This document shows positions 53,001 to 64,000 of a stretch of 64,000 nucleotides of DNA, piece by piece. The position numbers and the translations under genes were made by a program. The stretch lies in contig JAUCBJ010007374.1 in assembly GCA_032718475.1 (NCBI GenBank), forward strand, positions 1-64,000, given 5' to 3'. Below the pieces are notes generated by a model. The model did not search any database and was not told the DNA's origin. It saw nothing but the letters and a program-made list of their open reading frames with translations. This DNA is from Nemertoderma westbladi. Its lineage: Eukaryota > Animalia > Xenacoelomorpha. How positions within the stretch are numbered: the stretch's first letter is position 1; each line of letters begins with the position of its first letter.

Positions 53001-56000
53001 GACACTTTGACCTAGTGGACAGTTTGACCTTGTGGACAGTTTAAACCTTTTGGACACTTTTTAACCTTGTGGACAGTTTGACCTTGTGGACACTTTGACA
53101 TTGTGGATAGTTTGACCTTGTGGACACTTTGACCTAGTGGACAGTTTGACCTTGTGGACAGTTTAAACCTTTTGGACACTTTGACCTTGTGGATAGTTTG
53201 ACGTTTAGATAGTTTGACCTTGTGGACACTTTGACCTAGTGGACAGTTTGACCTTGTGGACAGTTTAAACCTTTTGGACACTTTGACCTTGTGGATAGTT
53301 TGACGTTTAGATAGTTTGACCTTGTGGACAGGTTGACCTTGTGGACAGTTTGACCTTGTGGACAGTTTGACCTTGTGGACACTTTGACATTGTGGATAGT
53401 TTGACCTTGTGGACACTTTGACCTAGTGGACAGTTTGACCTCTTGGACAGTTTAAACCTTTTGGACACTTTGACCTTGTGGACACTTTGACCTTGTGGAT
53501 AGTTTGACGTTTAGATAGTTTGACCTTGTGGACACTTTGACCTAGTGGACAGTTTGACCTTGTGGACAGTTTAAACCTTTTGGACACTTTGACCTTGTGG
53601 ACACTTTGACATTGTGGATAGTTTGACCTTGTGGACACTTTGACCTAGTGGACAGTTTGACCTCTTGGACAGTTTAAACCTTTTGGACACTTTGACCTTG
53701 TGGACACTTTGACATTGTGGATAGTTTGACCTTGTGGATAGTTTGACCTAGTGGACAGTTTGACCTTGTGGACAGTTTGACCTTGTGGACAGTTTGACCT
53801 TGTGGACACTTTGACATTGTGGACAGTTTGACCTTGTGGACAGTTTGACCTTGTGGACACTTTGACATTGTGGATAGTTTGACCTTGTGGATAGTTTGAC
53901 CTAGTGGACAGTTTGACCTTGTGGACAGTTTGACCTTGTGGACAGTTTGACCTTGTGGACACTTTGACATTGTGGACAGTTTGACCTTGTGCACAGTTTG
54001 ACCTTGTGGACAGTTTAATCTTTTGGACACTTTGACCTTGTGGACAGTTTGACCTTGTGGACACTTTGACATTGTGGACAGTTTTACCTTTTGGACACTT
54101 TGACCTTGTGGACAGTTTAACCTTTTGGACACTTTGACCTTGTGGACAGTTTGACCTTGTGAACACTTTGACCTTGTGGACAGTTTGACCTTTTGGACAG
54201 TTTGACCTTTTGGACACTTTGACCTTGTGGGCACTTTGACCTTGTGGACAGTTTAACCTTGTGGACAGTTTAACCTTGTAGACAGTTTATCCTTAAGGAC
54301 AGTTTAACCATGTGGACACTTTGACCTTGTGGACAGTTTGACCTTTTGGACACTTTGACCTTTTGGACACTTTGACCTTTTGGACACTTTGACCTTGTGG
54401 ACAGTTTAACCTTGTGGACAGTTAGACCTTGTGGACACTTTGACCTTGTGGACAGTTTGACCTTTTGGACACTTTGACCTTTTGGACACTTTGACCTTTT
54501 GGACACTTTGACCTTGTGGACAGTTTAACCTTGTGGACAGTTAGACCTTGTGGACACTTTGACCTTGTGGACACTTTGACCTTGTGGACACTTTGACCTT
54601 GTGCACAGTTTGACCTTGTGGACAGTTTAACCTTTTGGACACTTTGACCTTGTGCACAGTTGGACCTTGTGGACGGTTTAACCTTGTGGACAGTTTAACC
54701 TTGTGGACAGTTTGACCTTGTGGACACTTTGACCTTGTGGACACTTTGACCTTGTGGACACTTTGACCTTGTGCACAGTTGGACCTTGTGGACGGTTTAA
54801 CCTTTTCGACACTTTGACCTTGTGGACAGTTTAACCTTGTGGACACTTTGACCTAGTGGACAGTTTGACCTTGTGGACAGTTTAACCTTGTGGACACTTT
54901 GACCTAGTGGACAGTTTGACCTTGTGGACAGTTTAAACATTTTGGATACTTTGACCTTGTGGACAGGTTGACCTTGTGGACAGTTTGACCTTGTGGACAG
55001 TTTGACCTTGTGGACACTTTGACATTGTGGATAGTTTGACCTTGTGGACACTTTGACCTAGTGGACAGTTTGACCTTGTGGACAGTTTAAACCTTTTGGA
55101 CACTTTGACCTTGTGGAAAGTTTGACCTTGTGGATAGTTTGACCTTGTGGATAGTTTGACCTTGTGGACACTTTGACATTGTGGACAGTTTAACCATGTG
55201 GACACTTTGACCTTGTGAAAACTTTGACCTTGTGGACAGTTTGACCTTGTGGACAGTTTGACCTTGTGGACAGTTTGACCTAGTGGACAGTTTGACCTAG
55301 TGGACAGTTTGACCTTGTGGACACTTTGACATTGTGGACAGTTTAACCATGTGGACACTTTGACCTTGTGAAAACTTTGACCTTGTGGACAGTTTGACCT
55401 TGCGGACAGTTTGACCTTGTGGACAGTTTAACCTTGTGGACACTTTGACCTAGTGGACAGTTTGACCTTGTGGACAGTTTAAACCTTTTGGACACTTTGA
55501 CCTTGTGGACACTTTGACCTTGTGGACACTTTGACCTAGTGGACAGTTTGACCTTGTGGACAGTTTAAACCTTTTGGACACTTTTTAACCTTGTGGACAG
55601 TTTGACCTTGTGGACACTTTGACATTGTGGATAGTTTGACCTTGTGGACACTTTGACCTAGTGGACAGTTTGACCTTGTGGACAGTTTAAACCTTTTGGA
55701 CACTTTGACCTTGTGGATAGTTTGACGTTTAGATAGTTTGACCTTGTGGACAGGTTGACCTTGTGGACAGTTTGACCTTGTGGACAGTTTGACCTTGTGG
55801 ACACTTTGACATTGTGGATAGTTTGACCTTGTGGACACTTTGACCTAGTGGACAGTTTGACCTCTTGGACAGTTTAAACCTTTTGGACACTTTGACCTTG
55901 TGGACAGTTTGACCTTGTGGACACTTTGACATCGTGGATAGTTTGACCTTGTGGATAGTTTGACCTAGTGGACAGTTTGACCTTGTGGACAGTTTGACCT

Positions 56001-57627
56001 TGTGGACAGTTTGACCTTGTGGACACTTTGACATTGTGGACAGTTTGACCTTGTGGATAGTTTGACCTTGTGGACAGTTTGACCTTGTGGACAGTTTGAC
56101 CTTGTGGACAGTTTAACCTTGTGGACACTTTGACCTAGTGGACAGTTTGACCTAGTGGACAGTTTGACCTTGTGGACACTTTGACATTGTGGACAGTTTA
56201 ACCATGTGGACACTTTGACCTTGTGAAAACTTTGACCTTGTGGACAGTTTGACCTTGCGGACAGTTTGACCTTGTGGACAGTTTAACCTTGTGGACACTT
56301 TGACCTAGTGGACAGTTTGACCTTGTGGACAGTTTAAACCTTTTGGACACTTTGACCTTGTGGACACTTTGACCTTGTGGATAGTTTGACCTTGTGGACA
56401 CTTTGACCTAGTGGACAGTTTGACCTTGTGGACAGTTTAAACCTTTTGGACACTTTTTAACCTTGTGGACAGTTTGACCTTGTGGACACTTTGACATTGT
56501 GGATAGTTTGACCTTGTGGACACTTTGACCTAGTGGACAGTTTGACCTTGTGGACAGTTTAAACCTTTTGGACACTTTGACCTTGTGGATAGTTTGACGT
56601 TTAGATAGTTTGACCTTGTGGACAGGTTGACCTTGTGGACAGTTTGACCTTGTGGACAGTTTGACCTTGTGGACACTTTGACATTGTGGATAGTTTGACC
56701 TTGTGGACACTTTGACCTAGTGGACAGTTTGACCTTGTGGACAGTTTAAACCTTTTGGACACTTTGACCTTGTGGATAGTTTGACGTTTAGATAGTTTGA
56801 CCTTGTGGACAGGTTGACCTTGTGGACAGTTTGACCTTGTGGACAGTTTGACCTTGTGGACACTTTGACATTGTGGATAGTTTGACCTTGTGGACACTTT
56901 GACCTAGTGGACAGTTTGACCTCTTGGACAGTTTAAACCTTTTGGACACTTTGACCTTGTGGACAGTTTGACCTTGTGGACACTTTGACATTGTGGACAG
57001 TTTGACCTTGTGGACAGTTTGACCTTGTGGATGGTTTGACCTTGTGGACAGTTTGACCTTGTGGACAGTTTAAACCTTTTGGACACTTTGACCTTGTGGA
57101 TAGTTTGACGTTTAGATAGTTTGACCTTGTGGACAGGTTGACCTTGTGGACAGTTTGACCTTGTGGACAGTTTGACCTTGTGGACACTTTGACATTGTGG
57201 ATAGTTTGACCTTGTGGACACTTTGACCTAGTGGACAGTTTGACCTCTTGGACAGTTTAAACCTTTTGGACACTTTGACCTTGTGGACAGTTTGACCTTG
57301 TGGACAGTTTGAACCTTTTGGACACTTTGACCTTGTGGACAGTTTGACCTTGTGGACAGTTTGACCTTGTGGACAGGTTGACCTTGTGGACAGTTTGACC
57401 TTGTGGACAGTTTGACCTTGTGGACACTTTGACATTGTGGATAGTTTGACCTTGTGGACACTTTGACCTAGTGGACAGTTTGACCTCTGTGGACAGTTTA
57501 AACCTTTTGGACACTTTGACCTTGTGGACAGTTTGACCTTGTGGACACTTTGACATTGTGGACAGTTTGACCTTGTGGACAGTTTGACCTTGTGGATGGT
57601 TTGACCTTGTGGATAGTTTGACCTTGT
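50029..57627. repeat. 17-bp satellite (STTTGACCTTGTGGACA)n, ~7.6 kb, with higher-order variant blocks
   Basis: Directly visible; degenerate outliers at 48655-48760. Confidence 0.97.
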
Positions 57628-58584
57628 TGATTACTGGATACTTGAGGTTTCGGTTGCCTCTGGTGTTTCGTATTTCACGTTCACCCATCATTTTACTTTA
57701 GTTTCCTTACTTACGCCGAGATACTACTTATAACCATGTCCTGGAATAGTGTCTTTATTCAAGCACCCGTCGCCCCCCTAAATTATTCTACAAATCTTAA
57801 TAAGATTGCAAGAAATAATTTTAAAACAGAGTTAGTTTTACCTCACAAATGTTTACTGGGTGGGTGAGTCAGGATGTTTCTTTTTGGTTAAAGAATAACT
57901 GCGACTGGTAAAACATCGAATGAGACATCCTTTTTAAACGCTGTTTCTAGCTAAAGATTGAAAGCGAAAACAATTCCGACTCACTCGAGAGGAGATAATT
58001 CCACTGCATAAAGTAACATAGACCTCTGAGTACTGATTTTACTGTCCCACGTTTAAGTGAAAGTAAAATGGTGGGTTTATTTTCTGACCAAAAAGCTCAT
58101 TAATATTGAATAAACATTTATTTAGAACAATACACATTCCAGATAGATGCCACGGAAGCTAATAAATAAATACAAAATTAATAAATTCACATTAAAATAA
58201 TAAACCAGTATATTATACCTAAAATAGGTACTTTCGAGTAATTTAATTGGTCCTACAATAATTGCGAGGGTCAGAAATTACTACACATTATATTCACCCT
58301 ATTAGCACGGGGGGGGGGGGGGGGGGGGTGGGTTGTATAATTATCACCCCAACAAAACGCCTAGAGACTCTCAACATCGATTACTGGAGAAATTTTGGTC
58401 CAACAAAAAAAAAGTGAAACACACATGTTTAACATTTTACATCTTTGAAACGATTTATATCAAATATTTCTTGGATAAGGGATTTTATGTGACGCTGTTG
58501 GGCCAAATACCATACTTGGAGCTGGAAAAGGGGCATACATTCAATTGTTTGGCCAAATTTACGGCGATATACTGTTACCGTTTA

Positions 58585-61500
58585 GAGTGAACAACAAGAG
58601 ATTGCGTCTCCTACTCTCTGAGTGAACCACAAGATATTGCGTCTCCTACTCTCTGAGTGAACCACAAGAGATTGCGTCTCCTACTCTCTGAGTGAACCAC
58701 AAGAGATTGCGTCTCCTAATCTCTGTGTGAACCACAAGAGATTGCGTCTCCTACTCACTAAGTGAACCACAAGAGATTGCGTCTCCTACTATCTGAGTGA
58801 ACCACAAGAGATTGCGTCTCCTACTCTCTAAGTGAACCACAAGAGATTGCGTCTCCTACTCTCTGAGTGAACAACAAGAGATTGCGTCTCCTACTCTCTG
58901 AGTGAACCACAAGAGATTGCGTCTTCTACTCTCTGAGTGAACCACAAGAGATTGCGTCTCCTACTCTCTGAGTGAACAACAAGAGATTGCGTCTCCTACT
59001 CTCTGAGTGAACCACAAGAGATTGCGTCTCCTACTCTCTGAGTGAACCACAAGAGCTGCGTCTCCTACTCTTTGAGTGAACCACAAGAGATTGCGTCTCC
59101 TACTCTCTGAGTGAACAACAAGAGATTGCGTCTCCTACTCTCTGAGTGAACCACAAGAGATTGCGTCTTCTACTCTCTGAGTGAACCACAAGAGATTGCG
59201 TCTCCTACTCTCTGAGTGAACCACAAGAGATTGCGTCTTCTACTCTCTGAGTGAACCACAAGAGATTGCGTCTCCTACTCTCTAAGTGAACCACAAGAGA
59301 TTGCGTCTTCTACTCTCTGAGTGAACCACAAGAGATTGCGTCTCCTACTCTCTGAGTGAACAACAAGAGATTGCGTCTCCAACTCTCTGAGTGAACCACA
59401 AGAGATTGCGTCTCCTACTCTCTGAGTGAACCACAAGAGATTGCGTCTCCTACTCTCTAAGTGAACCACAAGAGATTGCGTCGCCTACTCTCTAAGTGGA
59501 CCACAAGATATTGCGTCTTCTACTCTCTAAGTGAACCACAAGAGATTGCGTCTCCTACTATCTAAGTGAACCACAAGAGATTGCGTCTCCTACTCACTCT
59601 CTAAGTGAACCACAAGAGATTGCGTCTCCTACTCTCTAAGTGAACCACAAGAGATTGCGTCTCCTACTCTCTAAGTGAACCACAAGAGATTGCGTCTCCT
59701 ATTCTATGAGTGAACCACAACAGATTGCGTCTCCTACTATCTAAGTGAACTACAAGAGATTGCGTCTCCTACTCTCTGAGTGAACCACAAGAGATTGCGT
59801 CTCCTACTCTCTAAGTGAACCACAAGAAATTGCGTCTCCTACTCTCTAAGTGAACCACAAGAGATTGCGTCTCCTACTCTCTAAGAGATTGCGTCTTCTA
59901 CTCTCTGAGTGAACCACAAGAGATTGCGTCTCCTACTCTCTAAGTGAACCACAAGAAATTGCGTCTCCTACTCTCTAAGTGAACCACAAGAGATTGCGTC
60001 TCCTACTCTCTAAGAGATTGCGTCTTCTACTCTCTGAGTGAACCACAAGAGATTGCGTCTCCTACTCTCTAAGAGATTGCGTCTTCTACTCTCTGAGTGA
60101 ACCACAAGAGATTGCGTCTCCTACTCTCTGAGTGAACAACAAGAGATTGCGTCTCCTACTCTCTAAGTGAACCACAAGAGATTGCGTCTCCTACTCTCTA
60201 AGAGATTGCGTCTCCTATTCTATGAGTGAACCACAACAGATTGCGTCTCCTACTCTCTAAGTGAACTACAAGAGATTGCGTCTCCTACTCTCTGAGTGAA
60301 CCACAAGAGATTGCGTCTCCTAAAGTGAACCACAAGAAATTGCGTCTCCTACTCTCTAAGTGAACCACAAGAGATTGCGTCTCCTACTCTCTAAGAGATT
60401 GCGTCTTCTACTCTCTGAGTGAACCACAAGAGATTGCGTCTCCTACTCTCTAAGTGAACCACAAGAGATTGCGTCGCCTACTCTCTAAGTGGACCACAAG
60501 ATATTGCGTCTTCTACTCTCTAAGTGAACCACAAGAGATTGCGTCTCCTACTATCTAAGTGAACCACAAGAGATTGCGTCTCCTACTCACTCTCTAAGTG
60601 AACCACAAGAGATTGCGTCTCCTACTCTCTAAGTGAACCACAAGAGATTGCGTCTCCTACTCTCTAAGTGAACCACAAGAGATTGCGTCTCCTATTCTAT
60701 GAGTGAACCACAACAGATTGCGTCTCCTACTCTCTGAGTGAACCACAACAGATTGCGTCTCCTACTCTCTAAGTGAACTACAAGAGATTGCGTCTCCTAC
60801 TCTCTAAGTGAACCACAAGAGATTGCGTCTCCTACTCTCTAAGAGATTGCGTCTTCTACTCTCTGAGTGAACCACAAGAGATTGCGTCTCCTACTCTCTA
60901 AGTGAACCACAAGAGATTGCGTCGCCTACTCACTCTCTAAGTGAACCACAAGAGATTGCGTCTCCTACTCTCTAAGTGAACCACAAGAGATTGCGTCTCC
61001 TACTCTCTAAGTGAACCACAAGAGATTGCGTCTCCTATTCTATGAGTGAACCACAACAGATTGCGTCTCCTACTCTCTAAGTGAACCACAAGAAATTGCG
61101 TCTCCTACTCTCTAAGTGAACCACAAGAGATTGCGTCTCCTACTCTCTAAGAGATTGCGTCTTCTACTCTCTGAGTGAACCACAAGAGATTGCGTCTCCT
61201 ACTCTCTAAGTGAACCACAAGAAATTGCGTCTCCTACTCTCTAAGTGAACCACAAGAGATTGCGTCTCCTACTCTCTAAGAGATTGCGTCTTCTACTCTC
61301 TGAGTGAACCACAAGAGATTGCGTCTCCTACTCTCTAAGAGATTGGGTATCCTACTCTCTAAGAGATTGCGTCTCCTACTCTCTAAGAGATTGCGTCTCC
61401 TACTCTCTAAGAGATTGCGTCTCCTACTCTCTAAGAGATTGCGTCTCCTACTCTCTAAGAGATTGCGTCTCCTACTCTCTACGAGATTGCGTCTCCTACT

Positions 61501-61659
61501 CTCTGAGTGAACCACAAGAGATTGCGTCTCCTACTCTCTGAGTGAACCACAAGAGATTGTGTCTCCTACTCTCTGAGTGAACCACAAGAGATTGCGTCTC
61601 CTACTCTCTAAGAGATTGCGTCTCCTACTCTCTAAGAGATTGCGTCTCCTACTCTCTAA
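58585..61659. repeat. 35-bp satellite (GTGAACCACAAGAGATTGCGTCTCCTACTCTCTRA) with a 24-bp deletion variant
   Basis: Directly visible; period measured 58621 to 58656. Confidence 0.97.
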
Positions 61660-62291
61660 TCTCAGTTAGAGCCCTATCGTATAGTTTACCATATTTTATT
61701 TATCTTTCATTCGTTTCCAAACCAACAGATCTTCCTTAACCCAGTCCCAATGCTAATAGGGATTTAATACAAAGTTAATAGTCAAACATTAAATAGTAAA
61801 AGTTATTAATTAGTGGCAGTCCGCAGACTCAACAATAGGGATGTGGGGAGCGCCACGAGTCCAGATACTAATTATTAGTAAACTATATTTGGCAAACAAT
61901 GTCAAATATATACGAACTACGAAACAGTTATATCGTGACCAAAGAGCCAGAACAACACTCACCAAAAAATGTGGTTTCGAGAAAAATTCAAAAAAACCTT
62001 CTCATTTCCTTCTATATGGATCCCGTCTCCTAATTTTTTCAAAAGAGGTCTGGGAAGATACAATGATACATTTTATAATAGTCGATAGCATTCAGAATAA
62101 ATTTTGTTAATGAAAAAAAAACTGTTTTTTCGATATTTTCCAAAGAGGCAAAACAACACATACTGAAATTTAACATTAACTCTAGTCTGTGTGTGTTGTT
62201 TTACCTCTAGGATTTTATCACAGAAACAGAACGACTCACGTCATTCCTCGACTATTGAATGGTGTTTTTCCTGGCAAAGTATGGTAGAGCA

Positions 62292-63555
62292 AAGTGTGGT
62301 ATGTGTTGTTTTACCTCTAACAGTTTTCAACTTTTATGTTGTGAGGGTTGTTCTGGTTTTCCATTTCTCCTAAACGGACTGACATACAAGTCTAGGATTT
62401 TAACATAATAAGTGTGGTATGTGTTGTTTTACTTCTAACAGTTTTCAACTTATATGTTGTGAGGGTTGTTCTGGTTTTTCATTTCTCCTAAACGGACTGA
62501 CATACAAGTCTAGGATTTTAACATAATAAGTGTGGTATGTGTTGTTTTACCTCTAACGGTTTTCCACTTTTATGTTGTGAGGGTTGTTCTGGTTTTCCAT
62601 ATTTCCTAAACGGACTGACATACAAGTCTAGGATTTTAACATAATAAGTGTGGTATGTGTTGTTTTACCTCTAACGGTTTTCAACTTTTATGTTGTGAGG
62701 GTTGTTCTGGTTTTCCATATTTCCTAAACGGACTGACATACAAGTCTAGGATTTTAACATAATAAGTGTGGTATGTGTTGTTTTACCTCTAACGGTTTTC
62801 AACTTTTATGTTGTGAGGGTTGTTCTGGTTTTCCATATTTCCTAAACGGACTGACATACAAGTCTAGGATTTTAACATAATAAGTGTGGTATGTGTTGTT
62901 TTACCTCTAACAGTTTTCAACTTATATGTTGTGAGGGTTGTTCTGGTTTTCCATATCTCCTAAACGGACTGACACACAAGTCTAGGATTTTAACATAATA
63001 AGTGTGGTATGTGTTGTTTTACCTCTAACAGTTTTCAACTTATGTTGTGAGGGTTGTTCTGGTTTTCCATTTCTCCTAAACGGACTGACATACAAGTCTA
63101 GGATTTTAACATAATAAGTGTGGTATGTGTTGTTTTACCTCTAACAGTTTTCAACTTTTATGTTGTGAGGGTTGTTCTGGTTTTCCATTTCTCCTAAACG
63201 GACTGACATACAAGTCTAGGATTTTAACATAATAAGTGTGGTATGTGTTGTTTTACCTCTAACAGTTTTCAACTTATATGTTGTGAGGGTTGTTCTGGTT
63301 TTTCATTTCTCCTAAACGGACTGACATACAAGTCTAGGATTTTAACATAATAAGTGTGGTATGTGTTGTTTTACCTCTAACGGTTTTCAACTTTTATGTT
63401 GTGAGGGTTGTTCTGGTTTTCCATATTTCCTAAACGGACTGACATACAAGTCTAGGATTTTAACATAATAAGTGTGGTATGTGTTGTTTTACCTCTAACG
63501 GTTTTCAACTTCTATGTTGTGAGGGCTGACATACAAGTCTAGGATTTTAACATAA
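62292..63555. repeat. 118-bp tandem repeat, ~10.5 copies
   Basis: Unit starts at 62292, 62410, 62528 and onward. Confidence 0.97.
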
Positions 63556-63774
63556 GATGTAGAACGCCATCTTGAGTAATTTTGGTGAAAAAAATTTGTG
63601 GTATGTGTTGTTCTGGCTCTATAGTCACGATATGACAAATGATTCTATGCTAATTATTAATGATGAAACATTGTTAATAGCAAAAATAATGAATCAGAAG
63701 CGAAAATTAGAACCCGAGATGAAATTTCCTACTCATATATTACAAATAACAGATAATTCAACCTGAACTCGACA

Positions 63775-64000
63775 ATTGCCCAGCGTCACGTGATTGGTCA
63801 ATCCTTAGAGAAGCAGGATTGCCCGACGTAACGTGATTGGCCAATAATTTGGATCGCAGGATTGCCCAGCGTCACGTGATTGGTCAATCCTTAGAGAAGC
63901 AGGATGGCCCGGCGTCACGTGATTGGCCAATCCTTTGGGTAGCTGGATTGCCCGGCGTCACGTGATTGGCAGATACTTTGGGTAGGCGGGTTAGCAGTCC
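63775..64000. repeat. 43-bp tandem repeat containing TCACGTGA and ATTGG/CCAAT, running to the window edge
   Basis: Units at 63775, 63818, 63861, 63904 and ~63947. Confidence 0.85.

Noticed and set aside
49865-57691. Many Cys/Lys-rich ORFs (KVKLSTRSNCPQGQ)
   Set aside because: Translation of a 17-bp satellite cycling through all frames, with frequent stops.
58585-61659. CRISPR-like 35-bp repeats
   Set aside because: Units are head-to-tail with no unique spacers, there are no cas genes, and the context is eukaryotic.

Overview
Animal (metazoan) nuclear DNA, not prokaryotic. A compact intronless gene island on the minus strand (MRPL33, then CABIN1 only 94 bp downstream, then a 4.6-kb 42-bp repeat that is open in mucin-like frames) and a recent 7,776-bp-offset duplication of an intronless ZAK-alpha/MAP3K20 kinase gene (one full copy, one C-terminally truncated chimera) sit in a dense nest of transposons. 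These include a decayed BEL/Pao retrotransposon interrupted by a MULE and a hAT derivative, several MITEs with 8-bp TSDs (one a 2.5-kb foldback), a Helentron-like element, an L2/CR1 fragment and a tRNA-derived SINE. The last 14 kb is a succession of four unrelated tandem-repeat arrays (17, 35/24, 118 and 43 bp). The most notable signals are the ZAK duplicate cut exactly before its putative phosphodegron, a fixed-length 44-bp bipartite motif shared by unrelated transposons, the operon-like MRPL33-CABIN1 arrangement, and abundant TA-site excision footprints. All calls are by eye from the sequence; no database searches were run.
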